In this document: in pieces, positions 1 to 12,284 of the stretch
Position numbering within the stretch: position 1 is the first letter of the stretch
Layout of the letters: every line of letters begins with the position of its first letter
Origin: Prochlorococcaceae cyanobacterium
GTDB lineage: Bacteria > Cyanobacteriota > Cyanobacteriia > PCC-6307 > Cyanobiaceae
Length of the DNA: 61,488 bases
NCBI GenBank assembly: GCA_049421025.1
Contig: JBMSMG010000001.1
Location: 1-61,488, forward strand
Reading direction: 5' to 3'
Notes under the pieces: generated by a model
The model's database searches: none
What the model saw: only the letters and a program-made list of their open reading frames with translations
Told to the model about the DNA's origin: nothing
Translations under genes and position numbers: made by a program

Positions 1-286
1 TATGGGTCACCACGTTGACGCAGTGGTGAATGCCATAGCTCACATAGACATAAAAGCGCCCAGGTTCACCAAACAGCGTTTCGTTGCTGGGGCTGCGGCG
101 CCGATGCCCGTGGCAGGCGGGCTCGCTCTGGCAATACGCCTCCGTTTCCACAATCACGCCCCAAAACAACTCGCCATCGGGTTGGCGTTTCACCAGCAGG
201 CAACCGATGAGGTCGGGGGCAACCTGCTCGGCGGGGCGGGCAAAGAAACTGGTGGGGAGCGCTGGGAGCTGTTGAAAGGTCGTCAT
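1..286 (-). CDS. mpg: DNA-3-methyladenine glycosylase (Mpg/AAG family), 5' part only; continues past the left edge
   Basis: Own minus-strand translation from ATG(286): [95 protein letters not shown]... The IVETEAY and FGxPGxxYVYxxYGxHxCxN blocks are family signatures. It is absent from the ORF track because no stop lies in the window. Confidence 0.7.
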   Translation of the reverse strand, partial: MTTFQQLPALPTSFFARPAEQVAPDLIGCLLVKRQPDGELFWGVIVETEAYCQSEPACHGHRRRSPSNETLFGEPGRFYVYVSYGIHHCVNVVTH

Positions 287-393
287 CGACAGGCAAACGC
301 AACGGCGGATTGGAACCCCCACCTCCACCAAGCAACGGCTGTGATGACAAGGCCCCTGGAAACGGCTACAAGACTGGCAACTGCTTGATCAGC

Positions 394-594
394 ATGTCGA
401 CCTCCGGACTCCAAGGACTGCTGGCCAGGAGCTTTGATGACCCCGAGCTGGAAGCACAGCTCAAGGCACCAGGGGCTGATGTCGTTGCCATTGCTTCGGG
501 CGCAGGCTTCAGCATCACGGCCGAAGAATTCGCCAATGCCCAAAAGTCCTGGGAGAATTGGCGCATCGCTTCGATGCACGACGACGAGGTCTGA
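394..594 (+). CDS. Nif11-like domain small protein (66 aa)
   Basis: Internal ATG(394) of track ORF 310..594: MSTSGLQGLLARSFDDPELEAQLKAPGADVVAIASGAGFSITAEEFANAQKSWENWRIASMHDDEV. The pattern L..LL...DPEL...LK...DVVAIA...GF.IT.EE matches the Nif11 N-terminal/leader domain. The tail has no Cys and no GG/GA cleavage motif. Confidence 0.6.
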   Translation: MSTSGLQGLLARSFDDPELEAQLKAPGADVVAIASGAGFSITAEEFANAQKSWENWRIASMHDDEV

Positions 595-598
595 CCCA

Positions 599-736
599 AT
601 GGAGACCAGCGGATTCAACCTGGGCACCGTGCTGCTGTTCGGCAGCGGTCTGTTTGTGCTGGCCACCCTGTTTTTCGGCACCAGGGGCGGTTACTACGAC
701 ACCGACAAGTACGACGGCAACGGCACGGCTCACTAG
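599..736 (+). CDS. small single-pass membrane protein (45 aa), function unknown
   Basis: ATG(599) lies 4 nt after the Nif11-like stop: METSGFNLGTVLLFGSGLFVLATLFFGTRGGYYDTDKYDGNGTAH. It has one hydrophobic helix followed by a Gly/Tyr/Asp tail. The upstream part of track ORF 434..736 overlaps the previous gene out of frame and is not credible. Confidence 0.45.
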   Translation: METSGFNLGTVLLFGSGLFVLATLFFGTRGGYYDTDKYDGNGTAH

Positions 737-1032
737 CCCTGACTGCCAAGCTTTTCGGCTTCGGGACAGTCATCGGCCGTGGTCAGCTCATCGGCTGTGG
801 TAAGCCGGCTCACATAGGAGAGCCGGGTGCTGACCGCACCGATTGAGTCGAGCCGCACGCTCTCTTCCCAGCTGTGTTGCTCGTCGTCGTCTTCGGCGTC
901 GTAGCGCAGGGTGACCAGATCGCCCTCGATCTCGGTGATCGTGGCCTCCTCGATCCAGCGCTGCTGATCGCGCAGAAAGACCCAGACCGGCCGTGCTTCA
1001 GCGTGAAACTGGTAGAGCTTGCGATGCAGCAT
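733..1032 (-). CDS. hypothetical acidic protein (99 aa)
   Basis: Clean ATG ORF with non-repetitive composition (MLHRKLYQFHAEARPVWVFLRDQQRWIEEATITEIEGDLVTLRYDAEDDDEQHSWEE...). Its stop overlaps the stop of 599..736 within CTAG (733-736). I recognise no motif. Confidence 0.5.
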   Translation of the reverse strand: MLHRKLYQFHAEARPVWVFLRDQQRWIEEATITEIEGDLVTLRYDAEDDDEQHSWEESVRLDSIGAVSTRLSYVSRLTTADELTTADDCPEAEKLGSQG

Positions 1033-1105
1033 CGCTCATGCCGCTGCAGGTTCCGTCATGCTAGGCAGGGCGAGCGGCTCTGCTGTTCAGAGCAAGCCAA
1101 ACCCG

Positions 1106-1879
1106 ATGCCGACAGCCACCACCGAAGCGATTCGCCTGCAGCTGCGCAGCTGGCCCGAAGTCGAGACCTACCTGCAGCGCTGCACAGGGGTCATCGTGCC
1201 CCTGGGCTCAACTGAACAGCACGGCCCCACCGGCGCGATCGGCACAGATGCCCTCACCGCTGAAGCGGTGGCCCTGGAGGTGGGCCGGCGCACCGGCGTG
1301 CTGGTGACTCCGGCCCAGGCCTTTGGCATGGCCGAGCACCACCTGGGGTTTGCCGGCACGGTGAGCCTGCAGCCCTCGACCCTGCTGGCGGTGCTGCACG
1401 ACATCGTGCTGTCGCTGGCGCGCCACGGCTTTGAGCGCATCTATGTGATCAATGGCCACGGCGGCAACATCGCCACCGCCAAGGCCGCTTTTGCGCAGGC
1501 CTATGGCACCGCCGCCACCCGCGGCCTGCCGAATGCTGCTGCCCTGCGCTGCAAGCTGGCCAACTGGTTCACCGCTGGCCCGGTGATGAACGAAGCCCGC
1601 TCCCTTTATGGCGAGCGCGAAGGCCATCACGCCACCCCCAGTGAGATCGCCCTGACCCTGGCGCTCGAGCCCAGCCTGGAAGCCAAACAACGGCCTTTAC
1701 CCGAGCCCGCCCCGGCCGGGCCCATTCACAGCCCCGAAGACTTTCGCCAGCGGCACCCCGACGGGCGCATGGGTTCAGATCCCTATCTGGCCAAAGCCGA
1801 GCATGGCCAGCGGCTTCTCGATCTGGCGGCAACAGCCCTGAGCCAAGACCTGCAGGAGTTTCTGGGCAGCGAGGCCTGA
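1106..1879 (+). CDS. creatininase (creatinine amidohydrolase) family protein
   Basis: WPEVETYL...VIVPLGSTEQHGPTGAIGTDAL...VINGHGGN are typical creatininase-family blocks. The start is placed at ATG(1106), which lies just before the conserved N-terminus; the track start at 1019 overlaps the divergent gene. Confidence 0.8.
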   Translation: MPTATTEAIRLQLRSWPEVETYLQRCTGVIVPLGSTEQHGPTGAIGTDALTAEAVALEVGRRTGVLVTPAQAFGMAEHHLGFAGTVSLQPSTLLAVLHDIVLSLARHGFERIYVINGHGGNIATAKAAFAQAYGTAATRGLPNAAALRCKLANWFTAGPVMNEARSLYGEREGHHATPSEIALTLALEPSLEAKQRPLPEPAPAGPIHSPEDFRQRHPDGRMGSDPYLAKAEHGQRLLDLAATALSQDLQEFLGSEA

Positions 1880-1930
1880 ACCAACAAGAGGCTCTGGTGG
1901 CGTAGCTTCAGCCCAACACGCAACCGCCGC

Positions 1931-2224
1931 ATGAGCCGCATTTCAGCTGACGACGTGCGCAAGGTCGCTCACCTGGCTCGGTTGGATCTGCCTGAGGACA
2001 AGGTCCAGGCCTATACAGGCCAGCTCGAGCGCATTCTCGATTACGTGGCCCAGCTCGAAGCCGTCGACACCGAGGGGGTGCCGCCCACCACTCGCGCTGT
2101 TGAAGTGGTCAACGTGACCCGCAACGACAGCGTTGAACCCACACCGGTTCGCGAAGACCTGCTGAATCTGGCGCCCCAGCGCGAGGGTGATTTCTTCCGC
2201 GTACCCAAAATCTTGGCTGACTGA
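1931..2224 (+). CDS. gatC: Asp/Glu-tRNA amidotransferase subunit C
   Basis: 97 aa: [53 protein letters not shown]... is the classic GatC sequence pattern and size. Confidence 0.9.
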   Translation: MSRISADDVRKVAHLARLDLPEDKVQAYTGQLERILDYVAQLEAVDTEGVPPTTRAVEVVNVTRNDSVEPTPVREDLLNLAPQREGDFFRVPKILAD

Positions 2225-2236
2225 GCGGCGAGAGCC

Positions 2237-3268
2237 TCAGCGCACCGGCGTGACCGCGGTGCGGTGCAACAGCTCAAGCACCCGCCTGCGGGCATGGCGG
2301 GTTGGCATGAGGGCGGCCAGCGGCCTGAGCTTGCTGCGGCGGCGGCGGTGGCTGCGAACACCCAAGAAGATGTCGTAGAGGAAATTGAAACTGTCCTTAC
2401 GACTTTCAAACAAACCGAGGCGCTGGGGCGAGCCCTTGGCATCAAGAATGTGTCTAGTGGCGTGATAGGCAGGTCTGTACTCAAACCAAGGAATCGAAGG
2501 CCACAGATGATGGATCAGGTGATAGTTCTGGCCCATGATCAACCAATTCATCAGCCGACCCGGATAAACCCTGGCGTTGTGCCAGCGGTTGCGTGACTGA
2601 AATGGCCGGTGCGGCAGATAATCAAAGAACAATCCCAAGGTCACGCCCACCATCAGGGCAGGCGCGAACCAGCAATTGAACACAAAAGGCAGAAAACCAT
2701 ATTTCGCTGCTGCAATAACAATGCAGACAAAAATGCCGCGGGCGATACCCCACTCGAGCAGTTCATAACGTCGCCAAAGACGACGCTTGAAGAAGAACAG
2801 TTCGTGATAGAAAAATCTGGGCGCTATGAGCCACAGCGGGCCAAACGTGCTGACGATGTGATCGGGGTCGTGCTTCGGATCGTTGACATGGGCGTGGTGC
2901 TGCAAATGCACCCTGGTGAACACCGGAAAACTGAAGCCCAGCAGCATCGCGGCTCCATGGCCCATCACCGCGTTCCAGATGCGGTTGGGATGGGCCGCGT
3001 TGTGGCAAGCGTCATGAATGACCGTGCCTTCTAAGTGCAAGGCCAGAAAACCCAGCCCCAGCAGCACAGGCAGCGGCCACTGACCCACAAACCAACCCCA
3101 GATGGTGAGCGCCGCCAGGGCATAACCACCCAGAAACAGGCCGACTGTGGGGTTCCAGTGGGCCGGCGGATCCAAAAATTCCTTGGGAACCGAGCGCACA
3201 GATTCCGCCTGCAGGGTGCGAGGGGCGGGCGTCTGCGCAATCAGCGGTTGAGGCAACGCCTGGGTCAT
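2237..3268 (-). CDS. crtR: beta-carotene hydroxylase, desaturase-type (CrtR)
   Basis: Fatty-acid-desaturase-like His boxes (HDACHNAAH, HLQHHAH, NYHLIHHLWP) with N-terminal TM helices, as in cyanobacterial CrtR. ATG(3268) is preferred over the TTG(3301) of the track. Confidence 0.8.
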   Translation of the reverse strand: MTQALPQPLIAQTPAPRTLQAESVRSVPKEFLDPPAHWNPTVGLFLGGYALAALTIWGWFVGQWPLPVLLGLGFLALHLEGTVIHDACHNAAHPNRIWNAVMGHGAAMLLGFSFPVFTRVHLQHHAHVNDPKHDPDHIVSTFGPLWLIAPRFFYHELFFFKRRLWRRYELLEWGIARGIFVCIVIAAAKYGFLPFVFNCWFAPALMVGVTLGLFFDYLPHRPFQSRNRWHNARVYPGRLMNWLIMGQNYHLIHHLWPSIPWFEYRPAYHATRHILDAKGSPQRLGLFESRKDSFNFLYDIFLGVRSHRRRRSKLRPLAALMPTRHARRRVLELLHRTAVTPVR

Positions 3269-3367
3269 CAGCTCTGAAAAAACCTGGTTGCAAACAACCA
3301 AGGCGTGCAGCAGACCCCAATCGATCGGGGCTGCCCCAACTTAAGGGGCCTCAGGCCCTGGCGCGAA

Positions 3368-3449
3368 TGCCCACCGGGGGACTTGAACCCCCACAGCCGA
3401 AGCCACTGGAACCTAAACCCAGCGCGTCTACCAATTCCGCCAGGTGGGC
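3368..3449 (-). tRNA. tRNA-Leu (anticodon UAG), type II with long variable arm, CCA not encoded
   Basis: Folded by hand: acceptor GCCCACC/GGTGGGC, D arm GCGGAATTGGTAGACGC, anticodon stem CTGGG/TCCAG with loop TTTAGGT, long variable arm, T arm GGGGG-TTCAAGT-CCCCC, discriminator A. Confidence 0.85.
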
Positions 3450-3516
3450 ATTGCCCAGAGCTTACGAAGACCCGCAGCGTGACTCACAATGGAGGGCAGA
3501 TCCATTTACCGAGACG

Positions 3517-4059
3517 ATGCTCGCCACCCTTGCCGGATTGCTGGCCCTCCTTGGCGGCCTGGTGGTGCTGCTGGTGCCGCTCATGACCCCTGAGCTCTCC
3601 CGCCAGCGCGATTCGTTCTGGGGCGCGGTGGTGCTGCTGCTTGGTCTCACCCTGGTGACCTGCAGCGAGCGCCTGGCAGGGGCACCCATGCTGGCTGTGA
3701 TCTGCGCGGGCCTGCTGATCGGGCGGCTGAGCCTTGAAGTGTCTCAGCTGCGCTGGCGGCTGCTGACGGGCGAAGAGCGTCAGGTGCTGCTCTCTGCCGA
3801 GCGCTGGCAGGCCAACCTGCAGCAACTGGCTGCAGCGGTGGCCAAGTTGGTGGCGATCAGTGCCGAGCTCAAAGACCAGCTGCTGCAACTGGTGAGCTCC
3901 AAGGGCGGACCGAAAACCCCTGGCAAACGCTGGGTGCGAGCTGACAACCCTCAGACCACCGCAGCAGCTGCCTCCGGCGCGCAGGATGCCCCTGACCATG
4001 TGGTGGTCAGTTCGTTTGCCGAGATAGACGCGCTGATCGAGAACGCGAGCCCCGCCTGA
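3517..4059 (+). CDS. Ycf66-like membrane protein
   Basis: From ATG(3517): MLATLAGLLALLGGLVVLLVPLMTPELSRQRDSFWGAVVLLLGLTLV... Two N-terminal TM helices with the P.L.R..D.F motif resemble Ycf66. The track ORF start at 3367 overlaps the tRNA and is rejected. Confidence 0.5.
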   Translation: MLATLAGLLALLGGLVVLLVPLMTPELSRQRDSFWGAVVLLLGLTLVTCSERLAGAPMLAVICAGLLIGRLSLEVSQLRWRLLTGEERQVLLSAERWQANLQQLAAAVAKLVAISAELKDQLLQLVSSKGGPKTPGKRWVRADNPQTTAAAASGAQDAPDHVVVSSFAEIDALIENASPA

Positions 4060-4108
4060 GGGCCGACGCGGTGAAACGGGATAATCGCCGTTTGCCGCTT
4101 CTGTCCCT

Positions 4109-6994
<2,886 letters not shown>

Positions 6995-7309
6995 TCACCA
7001 GCGCTGCGGATCGAGAAACGTCTCGACGGCAGCCGGGCCAGCCAGCAGCTGCTCGGCCGCCGGGTTGAGGGGAGCGGCCAGCAGCTCGGCACCGCTGAGC
7101 GCGACGCCCGCTGGCAGCACAGGGCGGTCAGGGTCGATCTCGGTGGGGTGGGTGGTGCTGCTGGAGAAGCCCCTGTAGATCAACAGCTCAAAGGGTTCGC
7201 GTTCAGCACCCGCATCGCCAGCAGCCAAGGTGCCGCGCACCCTGAGCACCCGCGTTGGCTGCTCACGGCTGATCGCCTCGAGGCGGGCGAGCCACTGCTG
7301 CTGGCTCAT
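6995..7309 (-). CDS. hypothetical protein (104 aa)
   Basis: ATG ORF that exactly fills the gap between ileS and the next gene, with protein-like composition. No motif recognised. Confidence 0.5.
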   Translation of the reverse strand: MSQQQWLARLEAISREQPTRVLRVRGTLAAGDAGAEREPFELLIYRGFSSSTTHPTEIDPDRPVLPAGVALSGAELLAAPLNPAAEQLLAGPAAVETFLDPQRW

Positions 7310-7312
7310 GGC

Positions 7313-7933
7313 TCAAAACTCACCAGCCACGCGGCCAGCGCGCGGCAGGCGCACCAACAGCCACTGCAACAGACCAACGACGTAGCCCAACAGAGCCAAG
7401 TAACCGCCGATGGCGGCCATGGTCGGAGTCCAGTTGCCGCCGATCACAAAATCGAGCGCCGGATCGGTGATCGCATTGAGCTGCTGGGGCGGCTGACGCC
7501 ACACCAGGCACCGCGCTGCCGCCAGCAACGCGCCCCCGCGGCTGCAGCCCAGGGCCGTACTGACGAGCAGCGCCGAGGCCAAGGCCTGCAGCGTCAGGCA
7601 CCAACGCCAGATGCGCAGCGTCAGCGGCAAGGCCCGCCAGGGGGGCAGATCCTGAAGCTCCTCGTTGAGATCGACCCAGAACCAGAGCACAGCAGCGATG
7701 AGCAACTGGGCCAACAGCACCAGTGGATAGCCAATGGGCTGGTTGCCCACCAGCAGCATCAGGGCGATGAACAGCAGGCTCGCCACCTTCCAGTAGAGGC
7801 CGAGCAGCCGCAGGATCGCCGGCTGAGCCTTGATGGCTGCCCAGATCAGCAGCACCAGCGGCAGGCCCACCGCAAACAACAGACCAAGCCGCACATCCAG
7901 CCAGACCAACGTGCGGTAGAGGGTTTCGCTCAC
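7313..7933 (-). CDS. multi-pass membrane protein (DUF3177-like, tentative)
   Basis: Several hydrophobic helices (LGLLFAVGLPLVLLIWAAI, VASLLFIALMLLVG, LVLLAQLLIAAVLWFWV ...). The start is placed at GTG(7933). The track start at 8092 would overlap the divergent FIST gene and adds a Pro/Gly/Ala-rich non-membrane extension. Confidence 0.55.
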   Translation of the reverse strand: MSETLYRTLVWLDVRLGLLFAVGLPLVLLIWAAIKAQPAILRLLGLYWKVASLLFIALMLLVGNQPIGYPLVLLAQLLIAAVLWFWVDLNEELQDLPPWRALPLTLRIWRWCLTLQALASALLVSTALGCSRGGALLAAARCLVWRQPPQQLNAITDPALDFVIGGNWTPTMAAIGGYLALLGYVVGLLQWLLVRLPRAGRVAGEF

Positions 7934-8013
7934 GGGTGAAGCCGGCCTGTGGTTCGGGACTTCGCCATTATCCGCGGGCGAATCGAGGGCAGGGGCGGCG
8001 TTAAGGTCCGGCG

Positions 8014-9255
8014 ATGGCTGCCCATCCCCTGTTGGAGCGCCTGGCACGGCGCCAGTCCGGTGCCTGGTGCCGCACAGCTCTGGTGCAGGCAACAGGCCTG
8101 CAAGACGCGGTCGATGCTGCCGTGCGGCAGCTGGGCCGCCCTGGGCCGGCCGATCTGGCCCTGGTGTTTGCCGCCGCCAGCTTTGCCAGCGATCTGCCCC
8201 GGCTGCTGCCGCTGCTGCAAACGCGCCTGCGGGCCAAACACTGGCTCGGCTGCCTGGGGGGCGGCGTGGTCGGTACCGGCGCCGATGGCGCCCCCCATGA
8301 GCTTGAGCAAGAAGCGGCCCTGAGCATCACCCTGCTGCGCCTGCCTGAGACCGAGCTGCACCCGTTTGTGCTCAAACCCGGTGAGCTGCCCGATCTCGAC
8401 GGGCCCGCCGAGGCCTGGCAGCAGCAGGTGGGCTGCAGCAGCCAGGGTCAGCACTCGATGCTGCTGCTGGTCGACCCTGGCTGCCCGGGCATCAACGACC
8501 TGATCAGCGGTCTCGATTACGCCTATCCAGACGCCGTCAAGGTCGGCGGCCTGGCTGCAGCCCACAGCGCCGCCCATGGGGCCTTGCTGGCCGGTTCAGG
8601 CGTGCAGCAAGGGGCTGTCGGCTGTCTGCTGAGCGGGCGCTGGGGCCTCGATGCGGTCGTCGCCCAGGGCTGCAAACCCATTGGACCGGTGCTGGAGGTC
8701 GAGCAGGCCCAGCGCAATGTGGTGCTCGAAGTCAGCGAAGGCAGCAGGCGCCGCACACCCGTTGCCGCGCTGCAGGCGATCCTCAGCGAGCTCAGCCCGC
8801 GCGAGCGTGAGCAGGTGCGTCACGCCCTGTTTCTGGGGGTGGGGCAGAGCAGTTTCAGCCTCGAGCAGCCAGAAACGCCTGCGTTTCTGGTGCGCAACCT
8901 GATCGGGGTCGACCCGCGCAATGGCGCAGTCGCCGTGGCCGAGCGCATGCGCGTGGGGCAGCAGGTTCAGTTTCAGCTGCGTGATGGCGAGGCCTCACGC
9001 GCCGAGCTATGCGAACTGCTCGACGCGCAGGCCATGCGCCAACGCGAACCGCTTGCCGCCCTGCTATTTGCCTGCCTGGGCCGGGGCCAGGGGCTGCATG
9101 GCTGCGCCGATGGCGATGTCACCCCATGCCGGCAGCGCTTCAAGAGCGCGCCGATCGCAGGGGCGTTCTGCCAGGGCGAGGTCGGTCCGGTTGCAGGCAC
9201 GACCCATTTGCATGGCTACACCGCCAGCTGGGGCTTTGTGGTGCCCAAGAGCTGA
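8014..9255 (+). CDS. FIST-domain (FIST_N + FIST_C) sensor-like protein, no output domain
   Basis: ADLALVFAAASFASDLPRLLPLLQTRL...WLGCLGGGVVG and the later ...FACLGRG...GAFCQGEVGP blocks match the FIST N/C layout. 413 aa. Confidence 0.7.
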   Translation: MAAHPLLERLARRQSGAWCRTALVQATGLQDAVDAAVRQLGRPGPADLALVFAAASFASDLPRLLPLLQTRLRAKHWLGCLGGGVVGTGADGAPHELEQEAALSITLLRLPETELHPFVLKPGELPDLDGPAEAWQQQVGCSSQGQHSMLLLVDPGCPGINDLISGLDYAYPDAVKVGGLAAAHSAAHGALLAGSGVQQGAVGCLLSGRWGLDAVVAQGCKPIGPVLEVEQAQRNVVLEVSEGSRRRTPVAALQAILSELSPREREQVRHALFLGVGQSSFSLEQPETPAFLVRNLIGVDPRNGAVAVAERMRVGQQVQFQLRDGEASRAELCELLDAQAMRQREPLAALLFACLGRGQGLHGCADGDVTPCRQRFKSAPIAGAFCQGEVGPVAGTTHLHGYTASWGFVVPKS

Positions 9256-9258
9256 ACC

Positions 9259-9993
9259 ATGGTTCGCCAGCACGTCAATCCGCTGAGCCGCTTCTATCAA
9301 CTGCCGCGGCCACTGCCGCTGCCGGCCGAGCTGTTTGCCGAACCAAATCTGCCGCTGCACCTGGACATCGGCACGGCGCGGGGGCGCTGCCTGCTGGAGC
9401 TCGCGCAGCGCCAGCCGCGCTGGAACCACCTGGGGCTCGAAATCCGCAGACCACTGGTGGCTGCCGCCCAAGCCGACTGCCAGGCCCTGGGGCTGACCAA
9501 CCTGCACTACCTGTTCTGCAACGCCAACGTGAGCCTGGCGCCCTGGCTTGCGGCTTTGCCCCCGGGCCTGCTCGAGCGGGTGAGCATTCAGTTTCCGGAT
9601 CCGTGGTTCAAGAAAAAACACCACAAACGCCGGGTGCTGCAGCCCGAGCTGGCGCTGGCCCTGGCGGGGGCCCAGCAGAGCGGCCACGAGCTCTTTGTGC
9701 AGAGCGATGTGCTGGCGGTGATTGAACCGATGGTGGAGGTGATCGAAGCCACGGGTTGCTACGAACGGCCCAGCGGCGATGCACGGCCCTGGCGGCTGAG
9801 CAATCCGCTGCCGGTTCCCACCGAGCGGGAGCAGCTGGTGCTCAGCCAACACCTGCCCGTTTACCGGGTGCTCTACCAGCGCACCACGGCCCAGCCGCCC
9901 ACACTTGTGGAGCTGCAACAACAGCTGGCAAAGGGCCTGGAGCAAACCGCCAAGGGCGCGGATAATCCACCCAGCAGCGACGCTCTGCCCTGA
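9259..9993 (+). CDS. trmB: tRNA (guanine-N7)-methyltransferase
   Basis: VRQHVNPL..., LDIGTARG and the [15 protein letters not shown] box are diagnostic of TrmB. Confidence 0.9.
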   Translation: MVRQHVNPLSRFYQLPRPLPLPAELFAEPNLPLHLDIGTARGRCLLELAQRQPRWNHLGLEIRRPLVAAAQADCQALGLTNLHYLFCNANVSLAPWLAALPPGLLERVSIQFPDPWFKKKHHKRRVLQPELALALAGAQQSGHELFVQSDVLAVIEPMVEVIEATGCYERPSGDARPWRLSNPLPVPTEREQLVLSQHLPVYRVLYQRTTAQPPTLVELQQQLAKGLEQTAKGADNPPSSDALP

Positions 9994-10025
9994 CCCCCTT
10001 TTCGCCTTCTCAAGAACCGCTGCTG

Positions 10026-11312
10026 TTGCGCTGGCAGGGCCTGCTCAACGATCAGGCTCAAGGGCCGCTGGCCCGCCACCTGCAGCTGATCAGCGGGGCA
10101 GTGCTCTGCGTGCTGATGGCGGGGCTGCCGCTGCTCGATCGCGGCGGGCTGGGCCTGTTGATCGCCGCCAGCGGACTGCTGTGGATCGTGTGGGCCCTGC
10201 GCACACCGGCAGGCCGGCTGGGCTCGATCAATCTGTGGATCCTGGCGACGCTGGCAATCGCCACCTTGGCCACTGGGTTTTCGCCGGTGCCGCTGGCGGC
10301 CTTCAAAGGCCTGTTGAAACTGATCAGCTACCTGGGCGTCTACGCGCTGATGCGGGAGCTGCTGGTGCAACAGCCCCGCTGGTGGGACCGGATCGTGGCT
10401 GCCCTGCTGAGCGGCAGCCTCTACACCAGCGTGATCGGCATTCGCCAGCTGTATGGCAACACCGAAGAGCTGGCCCGCTGGGCTGACCCCAACTCGGTGG
10501 CCGACGGCACGATTCGCATCTACGGCACGCTCGAGAACCCCAACCTGCTGGGGGGCTTTCTGCTGGCGGTGCTGCCGCTGGCTGTTGCAGCGCTGTTGCG
10601 TTGGCGCCCGCCGCTGCAGCGGCTGTTTGCCGCCAGCAGCCTGGCGCTGGGGCTGATCGCCCTGGTGCTCACCTACAGCCGCGGCGCCTGGATGGGCATG
10701 GTGGCCTCGCTGGGGTTGATGGGGCTGCTGCTGGCCCTGCGCCAGACCCGCAGCTGGCCGCCGCTGTGGCGACGGCTGTTTCCGCTGCTGCTGGTGGCGG
10801 TTGGCAGCGCCGCATTGGTGGTGCTCATCACCCAGGTCGAGCCCCTGCGGGTGCGCGTGTTGAGCCTGGTGGCCGGCCGCGAGGACAGCTCCAACAACTT
10901 CCGCATCAACGTCTGGCTGGCCGCGCTCAAGATGGTCGAAGCAAGGCCCTGGCTGGGCATCGGCCCGGGCAACACCGCCTTCAACCTGATCTACCCGCTG
11001 TTTCAGCAGCCCAAGTTCAACGCCCTCAGCGCTTACTCGATTCCACTGGAAATCGCTGTCGAGGCGGGCATTCCTGGGCTGATCGTGCTGCTGGGGCTGG
11101 TGGTCACCGCCGTGCGCAACGGGCTGCGCCAGATCAGAGGCGAGGGGACGCAGGTGCTGCCGGCTCTGGCCGCGCTAGCCATGGTGGCGGGCCTTGGCGT
11201 GCAGGGGCTCACCGACACGATCTTCTTTCGGCCCGAGGTGCAACTGATCGGCTGGTTTGCCCTGGCAACACTCAGTGCCGCTCAGGCCCGCGGCGACGCC
11301 TCAGCAAGCTGA
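10026..11312 (+). CDS. O-antigen ligase-like / IctB-family integral membrane protein
   Basis: About 10 TM helices with a YSRGAWMG (Wzy_C-type) block; the overall layout resembles cyanobacterial IctB. TTG start as in the track. Confidence 0.7.
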   Translation: MRWQGLLNDQAQGPLARHLQLISGAVLCVLMAGLPLLDRGGLGLLIAASGLLWIVWALRTPAGRLGSINLWILATLAIATLATGFSPVPLAAFKGLLKLISYLGVYALMRELLVQQPRWWDRIVAALLSGSLYTSVIGIRQLYGNTEELARWADPNSVADGTIRIYGTLENPNLLGGFLLAVLPLAVAALLRWRPPLQRLFAASSLALGLIALVLTYSRGAWMGMVASLGLMGLLLALRQTRSWPPLWRRLFPLLLVAVGSAALVVLITQVEPLRVRVLSLVAGREDSSNNFRINVWLAALKMVEARPWLGIGPGNTAFNLIYPLFQQPKFNALSAYSIPLEIAVEAGIPGLIVLLGLVVTAVRNGLRQIRGEGTQVLPALAALAMVAGLGVQGLTDTIFFRPEVQLIGWFALATLSAAQARGDASAS

Positions 11313-12284
11313 ATGGGATCCCTGATCGCAGGCTTTGATGCGGGTCAGACCCACACCCGCTGCAGGCTGGCTGTGCTGCTTGAGAGTGGTGAGCTGCAGC
11401 CGCTGGGCCATGGCGAGGGCCCAGGCGTCAGCCACCTCGATGCACCCGGCGGCGAAGAGCGCTTTGAGCAGGCCCTGCGCCAGAGCCTGGCTGCAGCCCT
11501 GCTGCAGGCCAACGGCCCTGCTGCAGGCCCCCTTGAGGCAGCAGCCATTGGCGCCAGCGGCATCGAAACGCTCAGCAGCGTGCAGGGCCGCGCTCAGCAG
11601 CTGGCCGCCGCGGCCCTGCAGCTGCCTGCCGATCGGCTCAGCGTCAGCGGCGATGAACGCACCGCCCTCGAAGGCGCCCGCGGCGCCTGCAGCGCTGGCA
11701 TCTTGCTGATCAGCGGCACCGGCTGCATCGCCCTGGGACGCAACAGCACAGGCAACGAGCACCGCTGCGGCGGCTGGGGCTGGCTGCTCGATGGCGCCGG
11801 CTCGGCGATGGACATCGGCCGCGACGGGCTGGCCCTGAGCCTGCAGATGGCCGATGGACGCCACCCCGAGAGCCCGCTGCGGCGGCTGCTATGGCAGGCC
11901 CTGGGGCTCGAGGCCGATGCCGCCGCGGCCCCGCAGGCGATCAAGAGCCTGGTGGTGCAACCGGGCTTTGGGGCAGCAGGCTTTGCCCGCCTGGCACCAG
12001 TGGTGCATGCCGAGGCCCTGGCCGGCGACCCTGATGCCCGCACGATCGTGCAACGCTCGGCCGAGGCACTGGCCCAGATGGCAGCGGCGGTGGCGCAGCA
12101 GCTGCAGCTCGAGCGTCCACCTGTCTGGGGCAGCGGCGGCGCGCTCGAGCACCTGACGTTGCTGCGTCAGGGCCTGGCCACGGCACTGCAGCAGCAGCTG
12201 CCTGGAGCGCTGTTGGCTGTGCCCGCAGGCGATGGCTGCGACGGCGCCCTGAGCCTGGCTCGAGCGCTGCTCAGGCCGCGTTGA
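11313..12284 (+). CDS. BadF/BadG/BcrA/BcrD-type ATPase (N-acetylglucosamine kinase-like)
   Basis: N-terminal [12 protein letters not shown] (phosphate-1-like), [10 protein letters not shown] and [17 protein letters not shown] blocks. The ATG follows the previous stop directly (TGAATG). Confidence 0.65.
   Translation: MGSLIAGFDAGQTHTRCRLAVLLESGELQPLGHGEGPGVSHLDAPGGEERFEQALRQSLAAALLQANGPAAGPLEAAAIGASGIETLSSVQGRAQQLAAAALQLPADRLSVSGDERTALEGARGACSAGILLISGTGCIALGRNSTGNEHRCGGWGWLLDGAGSAMDIGRDGLALSLQMADGRHPESPLRRLLWQALGLEADAAAAPQAIKSLVVQPGFGAAGFARLAPVVHAEALAGDPDARTIVQRSAEALAQMAAAVAQQLQLERPPVWGSGGALEHLTLLRQGLATALQQQLPGALLAVPAGDGCDGALSLARALLRPR

Noticed and set aside
394-594. The Nif11-like peptide as a lanthipeptide (prochlorosin-type) precursor.
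   Set aside because: There is no Cys in the whole peptide, no GG/GA leader cleavage motif, and no LanM or other maturase or transporter in the window. Only the leader-like domain is supported.
599-736. The 45-aa peptide as PsbM (the MET...LG..LLF... start is superficially similar).
   Set aside because: It lacks the conserved Pro and the LY.QT end of the PsbM helix as I recall them, and it carries an unrelated GGYYDTDKYDGNGTAH tail. The similarity is too weak to name.
2237-3268. The slightly lower GC of crtR as a sign of horizontal transfer.
   Set aside because: The dip is modest, the gene is a standard cyanobacterial core function, and membrane-protein (Phe/Ile/Trp-rich) composition explains it.
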